Shown piece by piece: positions 43,338 through 51,975 of a stretch of 58,428 nucleotides of DNA (its first letter is position 1; each line of letters begins with the position of its first letter). Source of the stretch: Patescibacteria group bacterium (GTDB lineage: Bacteria; Patescibacteriota; Minisyncoccia; Phycocordibacterales; UBA9973); the NCBI GenBank assembly GCA_018813625.1, contig JAHJBA010000055.1, forward strand, positions 1 through 58,428. The letters are read 5' to 3'. A program made the translations under genes and the position numbers. Under the pieces are notes generated by a model. It worked only from the letters and a program-made list of their open reading frames with translations. It was not told where the DNA came from and searched no databases.

Positions 43338-44668
43338 ATAGCATCTAATTCCACAAAGAAAGTGGAACCTTTATTTTCACCTTCTGACTCAGCCCAAATT
43401 CTGCCCTTATGGACGTCTACTATCAGCTTTACCGTGAAAAGACCATATCCTGTACTATCAACATTTACTTTTACTGAGTTCCTCCCCCTTCCTCCTTCTT
43501 TAAATAAATTTCGTTTATCTTCATCCGTAATGCCAACACCTGTATCTTTTACATAAAAAAGGATCTTGCCATCCTCTTTTTTTAGTCCAACTTTTAACCC
43601 TCCTTTTAGTGTATATTTAACAGAATTATCAACCAAATTGTGCACAACTTCTTTAAGCCAGAATGCATCACCTAAAATATTATAATCACCATCTTTTATA
43701 TCAACCTCAAATTTTAATCCTTTCGACTCGGCTGGGTCTTTTTTGACTTTAATTATCTGATCCACAATCTTTCTAAAATCTACTGGCTTCATCTCATATT
43801 TAACTGTTCCGGTTTGTAAATTGGCAGCATTTAAAACAAGATCCACTGTTTCAATTCCCTGATTGTCAGACTCTAGCCCCTCATCAGCCATTTTTTTAAG
43901 CATTGGTGAAAGAACCCCAAATGTCCCCTCTAACATTTCCGCAAAAATATATTTTGTACGAGTAAATGACCCCTTAACCTTGTGAGTAACCAAGTGAACG
44001 AGGCTTTCTCTCTGTTTAATAAGGTTTCTCAGGCTTTCATTCGCATCCTGTAATTCTTTATACAAATAAGCTTTTTCTAGGGCAACAGCCACCACATCCC
44101 TCAAGCTATTAATAGAATCCTTTTCGTGAGCATTAAGGGTCTCATAATCTCTATTCATACCCATTAACAGAAGCCCGGTCATGCTGTTTTCACTAATAAG
44201 AGGGTTAAGTAATATATTTTTTAAATTGGAATCTTCTTTTATTTTAGAAAGTATTTTAGGATCTACCAATCCATCCCATGCTTTTTCGGCGGTAGTAATC
44301 AGATTAAAGGTTTTATTATAAACAGACTTTTTAAAGATAGGCCTGCTAGATATGCCTGTTATTTTTATATCGCTAAAAAGAAAACCTGCTTCTCTAAGCG
44401 ACTCGTCTAGTCTGTCGGATTTTGAAAAATTCAGAGGAACCAACGAGTCAGATTTTTTGTCTAAAATCAAAATTCCAACAAGATCAAAATTCAAATCTGT
44501 TCTAATTGCTTCTGAAATTTTTTGAGAGAGAGTAATAGGATCAAGAATAAGCAAGCTTACCTGGTAGAGCTTTCGTAAAAGCGACAGAGTTTTATTTTTT
44601 ACAGCAAGTTCAAGATTATGCTCATACAGAGCTTCTGTTATTTTTTTTGTTTCATCATTCAGAGGCAT
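43334..44668 (-). CDS. Cytoplasmic sensor histidine kinase with GAF-like N-terminal region
   Basis: 444 aa with no TM. Contains a candidate H-box LVTHKVKGSF, N-box NLVDNSVKYT, G1 DTGVGI and G2 GYGL. No response regulator is present in the window. Confidence 0.7.
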   Translation of the reverse strand: MPLNDETKKITEALYEHNLELAVKNKTLSLLRKLYQVSLLILDPITLSQKISEAIRTDLNFDLVGILILDKKSDSLVPLNFSKSDRLDESLREAGFLFSDIKITGISSRPIFKKSVYNKTFNLITTAEKAWDGLVDPKILSKIKEDSNLKNILLNPLISENSMTGLLLMGMNRDYETLNAHEKDSINSLRDVVAVALEKAYLYKELQDANESLRNLIKQRESLVHLVTHKVKGSFTRTKYIFAEMLEGTFGVLSPMLKKMADEGLESDNQGIETVDLVLNAANLQTGTVKYEMKPVDFRKIVDQIIKVKKDPAESKGLKFEVDIKDGDYNILGDAFWLKEVVHNLVDNSVKYTLKGGLKVGLKKEDGKILFYVKDTGVGITDEDKRNLFKEGGRGRNSVKVNVDSTGYGLFTVKLIVDVHKGRIWAESEGENKGSTFFVELDAI

Positions 44669-44669
44669 A

Positions 44670-44963
44670 TTACTTCAAGCTGGATGGAATTTCATCTGGG
44701 GACATCTCGGCAACTAAGTCCTGTACGGCATTACGGCAGGCAATATGTGAAGCTCGGCCAAAAATACGTTCATACTGGAAAACAAGTTTATCTATGGTGT
44801 TCTTTGGATCGTCATTCTGAAAACTGACCTCTTCCTTTTCTGAATTAATAATTTGCAACCCGGACACCTTTCGAGCCTCATTCCACGCCAAGGGACCAAT
44901 AATAAGCTCTTGTTCTCTAATTATTCTTAAGGCTATTTTGGGAAATTGTATTGAATAATTCAT
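44670..44963 (-). CDS. Hypothetical 97-aa protein
   Basis: ORF packed between the membrane-protein gene (6-nt gap) and the kinase gene (1-nt gap). Confidence 0.5.
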   Translation of the reverse strand: MNYSIQFPKIALRIIREQELIIGPLAWNEARKVSGLQIINSEKEEVSFQNDDPKNTIDKLVFQYERIFGRASHIACRNAVQDLVAEMSPDEIPSSLK

Positions 44964-44968
44964 AGTTT

Positions 44969-45790
44969 TTAACTATTCTTAATTTTATAAAATACAGATC
45001 CTAATTTAACAAGACTCAAGGCCATAAGGAAATAGGCAACCATGTATAAATAGTCGATTTCTAGCCCTCCGCTATAGGTACCCCTGCTCGATTGGTATAA
45101 AAATATATAATCAGCCATATATTGAACAAATAAAGCAAAAATGAAGTAGATGATTGGTTTTTTCATTAACCCCCCTAAGAAATTCCTTGATAGGAAATAC
45201 GCGACAATAGCCAGAGAGATATATATGGCTTGCCCAAAAGGATAACCAAAATCCAAAAAAATAATCAACGGGTTGCTCCAGTCAAATTGGTAATCTTTTA
45301 AGAACATAAAATAATATAGAGCTAATATGCCTGCTGGAATCAAAAACGCTTTTATTTTATTAAAAAGTAATTTAAAAGAAACATGGGCTCCCGATACTTT
45401 GGCCAGCAAAATAATACCATATATATAAAAAGGTATACTTCCAAAAAATCCAACATCCGCCAAGGAAGGATAAGGAACCTCAATGCCTTTGTAAAAAAAA
45501 TAGCTAAAAACACTTTGCCCAAATGATTGGGCAAGGAGGCCAATGGCAAAAGCCAAATTGGCACGGCCTACCAAACTTTTCCACCCACCCCATAATCTCG
45601 CAAAATAAAGTCCGTACAAAGCACCAAACCAAGCAATTATTTGGTAGGTTGCTGACCAAATTTGAGAACCTGAACTGTCCGGATCAAAATGCTTAAGTTT
45701 CAAAAACAAAAACCATACGGTCAACAATATAAAAATAAATATGGGTATAAATATTAATCTTTTAGCAAAATTTTCTCCGTTTTTCTTCAT
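44969..45790 (-). CDS. Hypothetical polytopic membrane protein (possible detached sensor module)
   Basis: 273 aa with ~8 TM, aromatic- and Gly-rich. Lies immediately upstream of the 97-aa ORF and the kinase. Confidence 0.5.
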   Translation of the reverse strand: MKKNGENFAKRLIFIPIFIFILLTVWFLFLKLKHFDPDSSGSQIWSATYQIIAWFGALYGLYFARLWGGWKSLVGRANLAFAIGLLAQSFGQSVFSYFFYKGIEVPYPSLADVGFFGSIPFYIYGIILLAKVSGAHVSFKLLFNKIKAFLIPAGILALYYFMFLKDYQFDWSNPLIIFLDFGYPFGQAIYISLAIVAYFLSRNFLGGLMKKPIIYFIFALFVQYMADYIFLYQSSRGTYSGGLEIDYLYMVAYFLMALSLVKLGSVFYKIKNS

Positions 45791-45797
45791 AGTTGTA

Positions 45798-46745
45798 TTA
45801 TATTACAGAATCATCTATTAATGCAATAGTGTATTTTTTAAGAAAATGGGCTAATTCATAAGAGTTTTTTGAAAATCTCAGTTTTTGCAAACCCAAATCT
45901 TGCTCGTCATTGTGATAAATAACTCCCAAATCCCAGAAAAACTTTGCATTTTGTTGCATCAAAAATTGTGAAATACCCTTATATTTTATGTCTGCTTTTC
46001 CGAAATGTGCCAAACAATAATCTTTAGATATTTTTTCACCAATGATAAAACCCGATAAATCACCATCAATAAAAAGCGAGAGACATATCAAAGATTTTAA
46101 AAAATAATCAGGCACAGACAAAAATCTTTTAAAAGCAACGGATTCATTCCTCAGATCCTCCAGCTCTGTGTAATCCTCTGCCAGGCCGACCTTGTCTTTT
46201 TTATTTTTTGTCCATAGCTCAATCAAATCAAGTAATAATCTTTGCTTTTTTGCATCTGTTAAATCTAAATTGTGAATTTCAAATTTATGCATTTTATTAA
46301 AATAACGTACCAGTTGTCGGTTTTTTTTATTTCTAGGACTTCCATAGGAAGAAATGCCTTCCGTGGAGTAAATATAATCGAAATGATCATTTTCTTCCTT
46401 TGTTGTAAATTTCTTCTTATCCAAATTTCTTATTGAATCTTCAGGCACCAATTTTAGTTCCGGCTTCAGTCCTTCCTTCTTCGAAAGATTAATCAAAGCT
46501 TCAGCAGTTTCGTTGATTTTATTATTTCCTAAAAAAGAATAAAATGGCTTGCCGGTTAGATAGTCGGTAAACCGCACAACGAGATTGTTGTTAAGTTGAG
46601 AAACCTGCATTTCATTTTTTATATCCCATGACCACATGCTGATAAAACTAAAATCAGAATATGGCGGAAATTTACATGTAAATTTCTCTATATCTTCTTT
46701 ATCAGATAATTCTAATTTTTTAAATTTTGGAAATTCTGGAATCAT
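45798..46745 (-). CDS. DUF2156 protein (MprF C-terminal, aminoacyl-PG-synthase-like GNAT fold)
   Basis: 315 aa. LSDKEDIEKF...YSDFSFISMWSW, DHFDYIY and EQDLGLQKLRFSKNSY match my recollection of stand-alone DUF2156 proteins. Confidence 0.55.
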   Translation of the reverse strand: MIPEFPKFKKLELSDKEDIEKFTCKFPPYSDFSFISMWSWDIKNEMQVSQLNNNLVVRFTDYLTGKPFYSFLGNNKINETAEALINLSKKEGLKPELKLVPEDSIRNLDKKKFTTKEENDHFDYIYSTEGISSYGSPRNKKNRQLVRYFNKMHKFEIHNLDLTDAKKQRLLLDLIELWTKNKKDKVGLAEDYTELEDLRNESVAFKRFLSVPDYFLKSLICLSLFIDGDLSGFIIGEKISKDYCLAHFGKADIKYKGISQFLMQQNAKFFWDLGVIYHNDEQDLGLQKLRFSKNSYELAHFLKKYTIALIDDSVI

Positions 46746-46774
46746 AAAATCTTTACCTTATCATATCACAAAAA

Positions 46775-47695
46775 TTACATAAATAATATAATGGTTCCGA
46801 TTATCATAATCCCAATGGCTGTAATTTTAGGAAACAAGCTGTACTTGTTCAAATTTTCTTTTGCAATATGCGGGAAAAAACTCGTACTTAAAAGTGTCAA
46901 AAATAAAACAAAAGCCGGTTGGAAACTTCCAATTAAATAAACCATCGCAACGGGAGCAAGTAATAGGGCAAAATTAGTCAAAAGATTTCCAGAAACTGTC
47001 ATTACTTCAGTAACTGCATTTACCACAAAAATCTTACGTCCGCCAGTTCTCATCATTCGTATAAACTGTCTACGATACTTGGAAGCAAAAAGAAATATTA
47101 ACAAACCAGTACCACCTAGCCCAATATATTCCCAGAAGGATGAAACCCAGAAATTCTCTTCTACTGTCACGTATTTAAAAATAATTCCAGAAGTTGCCAC
47201 TAAAAAACAAGCGATTATCATGTAAATTGCCGGTTTCCATTTAAATTTTCCTCCTTCCTCTGAAAAATCTGAGGCAATAATTAATAAGCCAAACAAAGTA
47301 ACAAGCGAACCCAATATCTGTTTAAATGAAAGAGTCTCGCCTAAAAATATGTATCCAAGCACAAAGCCAAAAATCGGTACTGTCAAAAACCATGGAACTA
47401 CCGTGGAAATTTCTTCCGTTTCAAGGGTAAATAAATACAATATAATCCAAACAACAGTTAGAGTTCCCGTAACCATCAATAAAATCTTGTCAAAAATAGG
47501 AATATTGGAAACATCGGGAATAAACAACCATATCAAAAATGCAATAAAAATAGCGATAAAGCTGGCAAAAAGAACCAGACCGCCAGAACTGCGTTCTTTT
47601 TCTTTTTGTGAAAACTTTGCAACTAAATATTTATCAGCAACATTTACTATTGCCCACAAAATTGGAGCACCTAATGCTAAAAAAAACCACATCAT
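46775..47695 (-). CDS. EamA/DMT-family transporter
   Basis: 306 aa with ~10 TM arranged as two 5-TM halves. Confidence 0.6.
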   Translation of the reverse strand: MMWFFLALGAPILWAIVNVADKYLVAKFSQKEKERSSGGLVLFASFIAIFIAFLIWLFIPDVSNIPIFDKILLMVTGTLTVVWIILYLFTLETEEISTVVPWFLTVPIFGFVLGYIFLGETLSFKQILGSLVTLFGLLIIASDFSEEGGKFKWKPAIYMIIACFLVATSGIIFKYVTVEENFWVSSFWEYIGLGGTGLLIFLFASKYRRQFIRMMRTGGRKIFVVNAVTEVMTVSGNLLTNFALLLAPVAMVYLIGSFQPAFVLFLTLLSTSFFPHIAKENLNKYSLFPKITAIGIMIIGTIILFM

Positions 47696-47721
47696 GATTT
47701 ATTTATTATACAACAAAATAT

Positions 47722-48666
47722 TTATTTTTCCCAAGGAAAACCAGATCTTCCAAAATGACCCCACCTTGAAGTTTCTTTAAATTTAACATTCTCCAAAGCC
47801 AGCATTTTTTTTATGCCCTTTGGCGTTAAATCATATCCTTCTATATTTTCTTCTTTTCCGTCCAAAAAAACTACGGCCATGACTGGTTCTGCTTTTCCTA
47901 TCGCATATGCAACCTTCACAAACACCTCTTTCGCTTTTCCAGACTTAATTATATCTACTGCAATCTTACGAGCCATATAAGCCCCCGAGCGATCCACCTT
48001 CGTACAATCCTTCCCTGAGAAAGATCCTCCGCCGATTGGAATCTCCGGCCCGTAATTATCAATGACTATCTTTCTACCTGAAAGCCCCGTGTCAGCGTCA
48101 AAACCTCCCTGCACCCACTCGCCTGCCGGATTTATTAAATATTCTTCAGCTTTAATAATGCTCTGCACTAAAGATAATAAATCCTCGTTTTTTGAATTTT
48201 GAAAACTTGCCACAACTGTTTTAACCTTATCTCCTTCCAATGTTACTTGCACTTTTCCGTCATACGGATATTTTTCATAAATTTTCATACAAAGACTGCG
48301 TGCAAGTTCATATTCCCTCGGCATCATTGATTCTGTTTCTGCAGTAGCATAACCTTTCATAACGCCCTGATCTCCAGCTCCTCCAGTATCTACTCCGCGC
48401 GAAATCTCAGAACTTTGTTTTGATAATTTTATAACCACATTGTAATCTTCACCAACTATTTTTTTAACCAAAGGCTCTAAATTAGGTGACGCATTACTGG
48501 TCACTTCGCCGTTAACTGTTATTAGTCCATGCCCTCCCATCACCTCTACTGCAACACGACTATCCTTGTCACCTTCTAAAAATGCATCTAAGATGGAGTC
48601 TGCGATAAAATCACAAATCTTGTCTGGATGACCGGGGCTAACGAATTCAGCTGTTTTAATGCTCAT
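47722..48666 (-). CDS. metK: S-adenosylmethionine synthetase (compact form)
   Basis: Start set at MSIKTAEFVSPGHPDKICD. Contains GAGDQGVMKGYA and GGGSFSGKDCTKVDRSGAYMAR and ends GHFGRSGFPWEK. About 314 aa, versus roughly 385 aa as I recall for bacterial MetK. Confidence 0.85.
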   Translation of the reverse strand: MSIKTAEFVSPGHPDKICDFIADSILDAFLEGDKDSRVAVEVMGGHGLITVNGEVTSNASPNLEPLVKKIVGEDYNVVIKLSKQSSEISRGVDTGGAGDQGVMKGYATAETESMMPREYELARSLCMKIYEKYPYDGKVQVTLEGDKVKTVVASFQNSKNEDLLSLVQSIIKAEEYLINPAGEWVQGGFDADTGLSGRKIVIDNYGPEIPIGGGSFSGKDCTKVDRSGAYMARKIAVDIIKSGKAKEVFVKVAYAIGKAEPVMAVVFLDGKEENIEGYDLTPKGIKKMLALENVKFKETSRWGHFGRSGFPWEK

Positions 48667-48735
48667 ATATAAACTTAAGACTATCAAATTTATGAATGCT
48701 TTGCAAAAAACAGTTAATTTAGTATCATTAGTTTT

Positions 48736-49632
48736 ATGATCGATACTGTAGTAAATACAAAAAACTTAAAGGAAGCTGATGTCGTGATATTGAGCGCCCC
48801 ATATGAAGGAGGTGTTTCTTTTATGGGCGGTACATCCAAAGCTCCTAAAAAGATATTAAACTGTTTAAATAAAAATTTAGAACTTTTTGATATAAATTTT
48901 CTCTGCGAGCCAGCAAAGATAATAAAAACGGCTCATAAGGAAATTACCGGTATAAAAAATCTTATTTCTGATAAAGTTGTAAGGAAAATAAGCGAAGAAT
49001 ATAAAAATTTATTTAATGATAAAAAATTTGTAATTATGCTAGGCGGGGAACACACTGTATCTATCGGGGCACTTGATGCGATTGCAAAAAAAGAGAATCC
49101 AAGAGATATAACGATCGTCCAAATAGACGCTCATCAGGATTTACGTGATGACAACAGCGACTATAGCTACCGTCCTACAAAATATGCACACTCTTGCGCG
49201 ATGCGTAGACCTCATGAGCTTGGCTTTAATTTAGTGCAAGTCGGCATACGTACTTTCTCAAAAAATGAATATGAATATTGGCAAAAAAATAAAGATACAA
49301 TTGAAGTATTTGAGTGGAGCGAAAAAAATAAGCATATTCCAGAGATAGTTAAAATAATCGAATCAATAAAAACTGAAAAGGTTTATTTAACTATCGATGT
49401 CGATGGATTTGACCCTTCATGCATGCCTGGTACCGGCACTCCAGCCCAAGGAGGAATTGAGTGGAAATATGGCCTCGATTTAATCGAGAAAATTATAGAA
49501 ACAAAAAATGTCATTGGTGCAGACATAGTAGAAGTATCACCGCAAAAAGACTCCGTTCTAACAGAATACGGAGCATCTTTGATTTGCTATAAAATAATGG
49601 CAAATAAATTCAGAAATAAACTAACTTCTTAA
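48736..49632 (+). CDS. speB: Agmatinase/ureohydrolase family protein
   Basis: 298 aa with arginase-fold Mn ligand motifs GGEHTVS, DAHQDLRD and DVDGFDP. Confidence 0.8.
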   Translation: MIDTVVNTKNLKEADVVILSAPYEGGVSFMGGTSKAPKKILNCLNKNLELFDINFLCEPAKIIKTAHKEITGIKNLISDKVVRKISEEYKNLFNDKKFVIMLGGEHTVSIGALDAIAKKENPRDITIVQIDAHQDLRDDNSDYSYRPTKYAHSCAMRRPHELGFNLVQVGIRTFSKNEYEYWQKNKDTIEVFEWSEKNKHIPEIVKIIESIKTEKVYLTIDVDGFDPSCMPGTGTPAQGGIEWKYGLDLIEKIIETKNVIGADIVEVSPQKDSVLTEYGASLICYKIMANKFRNKLTS

Positions 49633-50199
49633 AAATTTCTTTCGATAAATAAAATAAACTTCAACTAAGTTTGCCAACACTAAATATATTGGGAATGAAT
49701 ATATCGCGAAAATCCAATTTCTGACGATTAATAAAGATAATGTATTCCCTATAATTCCTCCAATATAAATTGAGCTATTCTCGGTTTCTGGGTACTTCCA
49801 AGTTTTAATAAAAGTTGGAATATAAGCCAAAAAGTCGCTCAAAATGGCAAAAAGTATGGAAATTCCCAAGTTATTTGTAATTATATAAAGAACAAGAGCC
49901 ATTATGGAAATAAAACCGCAAACCAAATCAAAAGACTGTATTTTCCAAAAAGCATTTTTCTTAAATATTGAAAAAACTATTACCAAAAACGGACCAACAC
50001 CTGCCATTAATACGCTTAGTGAAGAAAGTCCTGCTCCTGCTTTTAATTGCAAAAATACCCCGACAAACGGCGCAAGCATCCAAACAAACCAAGAAATTAA
50101 ATTAGGCCTAGTGCCATGCCGAAAAATCCCGCGAATATACCAAATCGTACAAATAAGATTTATCAAAACTCCTATAAAAATGATATTTTCAGGTAACAT
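49621..50199 (-). CDS. Hypothetical 6-TM membrane protein
   Basis: 192-aa hydrophobic ORF. Convergent 12-nt overlap with speB. Confidence 0.5.
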   Translation of the reverse strand: MLPENIIFIGVLINLICTIWYIRGIFRHGTRPNLISWFVWMLAPFVGVFLQLKAGAGLSSLSVLMAGVGPFLVIVFSIFKKNAFWKIQSFDLVCGFISIMALVLYIITNNLGISILFAILSDFLAYIPTFIKTWKYPETENSSIYIGGIIGNTLSLLIVRNWIFAIYSFPIYLVLANLVEVYFIYRKKFLRS

Positions 50200-50275
50200 C
50201 CCAGTACTAAAATTTTAAATTGTTAATAATGGTGATCATTTATTTCGTACAAAAATTTAGTACGGGACAAGTATT

Positions 50276-51973
50276 TTAATAAACCTCCTGCTGATAACAC
50301 TTTTCGCAATAAACTATTTCTGGCCTGTCTGGAGCATAAGCTGTTTTAATTTCTCTTTTACATTTAGCACATTCTCGATTATATGACTTAGGAGGTAAAA
50401 CTAAATCAAATCTATCTTTACGTCGACATTCAGGACATTTTCTTGGTATTCTCAAATTTAGTTTTTTAAGAATATTCAATTCTCCTTCTATTATTTTATA
50501 ACAACGGCCACATTCACATCTTATAATTTCATTTAAAACATTTTTAAAATCACTTAATTTATCAGGTAATTCTAAATATTCAATAGTATGCACATATTTA
50601 TTTGGTGTAGATTCAAACCATAGATAACCACTGTCTAATGCTTCCTCTTTGTTCTTTATAAAATATTGATTAGCGATAGTTTCATTATAACCAAATGATG
50701 AAAATTCAACTGGAAAAAATTCCCCATATCTATAAACCCTTCCTTTTTTGTCTATATAAGGATTTTCATTCATATTCTTAATGATTTTTTCTCTTAATTT
50801 TTCATAATCATCTTTTAAATATTCTTTATTTAAAATGCAATATTTTTTTCTTTTTAAGTTTGAACAACCAAAAATATACTTGCAGGAGGAAGAGTAATAA
50901 CTATACTCGTTATTATAAGAATCCGGATAAGATCCTATGCAAAATTTTATATCTGACGCTTCGTGCCCTGAAATCAAAGTTTCATAAGCCAAAGAACAAT
51001 TACCTCCCCAACAAGTATAATCATAACAATCCCTTGTGAAAGGAACTGACAGGAATTGCACAAAACGAGAATTCTCAGCACTTGTTCCCAAATAAACATC
51101 ATGAGAATTTTTTGATTCATAAACATAATTACCGGAAACATTTACATTTAAACTATTTCCGTAATATTCCCTATTTGGTTTGGTAATCCAAAAATCTTCT
51201 GACATTTTTTTATATTTAGAAAACTCAGAATAAGAAAATAAATCTATGTTTTTTATAAAATCAAAATATTCCTCTTTTGAACATTGTTTATTAAAAACAC
51301 AATATTGTTTATTCTTTAAATTCATAGAGCCAAAACAATTGTTGCAACCCGAACAATTTTTACAAAAAAATAAATCAAAAGAATTTTCACACTCAAGACA
51401 GGAAATACAATTAAAACATTTATAAATTCCAGTACATTCATAACAAAGCTCCGATTCTCGTGCCCTATGACAATCTGAAGAATCCTTTAAGGTATGCAAA
51501 AAATCTGAATAAAAAGAATTCTCACAAAAATCTGCATAAAATAAAGCGTAGCAATTTTTTAGATAAGAAGAATAATTAGTATAATTTGTGTTAATAAGGG
51601 AAGAATACAAAGTATCAACAGACATATGAGGAGTTTTATTTTTTAATTCCAAAAGTTGTTCTAAGAAATTACGATTTTGATCATAATCCATCCCATACTC
51701 AGTTCCATCCCAATCATCCGCCCACCAACACTTGGAACAAAAAACAATTTGTTTTTTGTCTTTATGAAACATAGAAATAATGTTTTCATTACACTTATTA
51801 CATTTACTTTTATACAAAGAATAAACATTCATAAACGCTAACCTCCTTTGAAATCTACAATCGGGACAAAAGGTAGGCGGAGGAACTTTTATTTTTTCGT
51901 AAAAATTAAAATCTTCAGATTCTATAGTGAAGTCTTTTTTACAATTCTGGCATTGTTTTGTTTCGTTTTGCAT
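50276..51973 (-). CDS. Cys-rich zinc-ribbon-bracketed protein, paralog A
   Basis: Start set at MQNETKQCQNC, 2 nt after the paralog B stop; the track ORF starts at 52000. 565 aa, and I count 39 Cys. Four CxxC pairs at the N-terminus and four Cys pairs (CxC/CxxC) at the C-terminus. Ends CEKCYQQEVY. Confidence 0.75.
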   Translation of the reverse strand: MQNETKQCQNCKKDFTIESEDFNFYEKIKVPPPTFCPDCRFQRRLAFMNVYSLYKSKCNKCNENIISMFHKDKKQIVFCSKCWWADDWDGTEYGMDYDQNRNFLEQLLELKNKTPHMSVDTLYSSLINTNYTNYSSYLKNCYALFYADFCENSFYSDFLHTLKDSSDCHRARESELCYECTGIYKCFNCISCLECENSFDLFFCKNCSGCNNCFGSMNLKNKQYCVFNKQCSKEEYFDFIKNIDLFSYSEFSKYKKMSEDFWITKPNREYYGNSLNVNVSGNYVYESKNSHDVYLGTSAENSRFVQFLSVPFTRDCYDYTCWGGNCSLAYETLISGHEASDIKFCIGSYPDSYNNEYSYYSSSCKYIFGCSNLKRKKYCILNKEYLKDDYEKLREKIIKNMNENPYIDKKGRVYRYGEFFPVEFSSFGYNETIANQYFIKNKEEALDSGYLWFESTPNKYVHTIEYLELPDKLSDFKNVLNEIIRCECGRCYKIIEGELNILKKLNLRIPRKCPECRRKDRFDLVLPPKSYNRECAKCKREIKTAYAPDRPEIVYCEKCYQQEVY

Positions 51974-51975
51974 AA

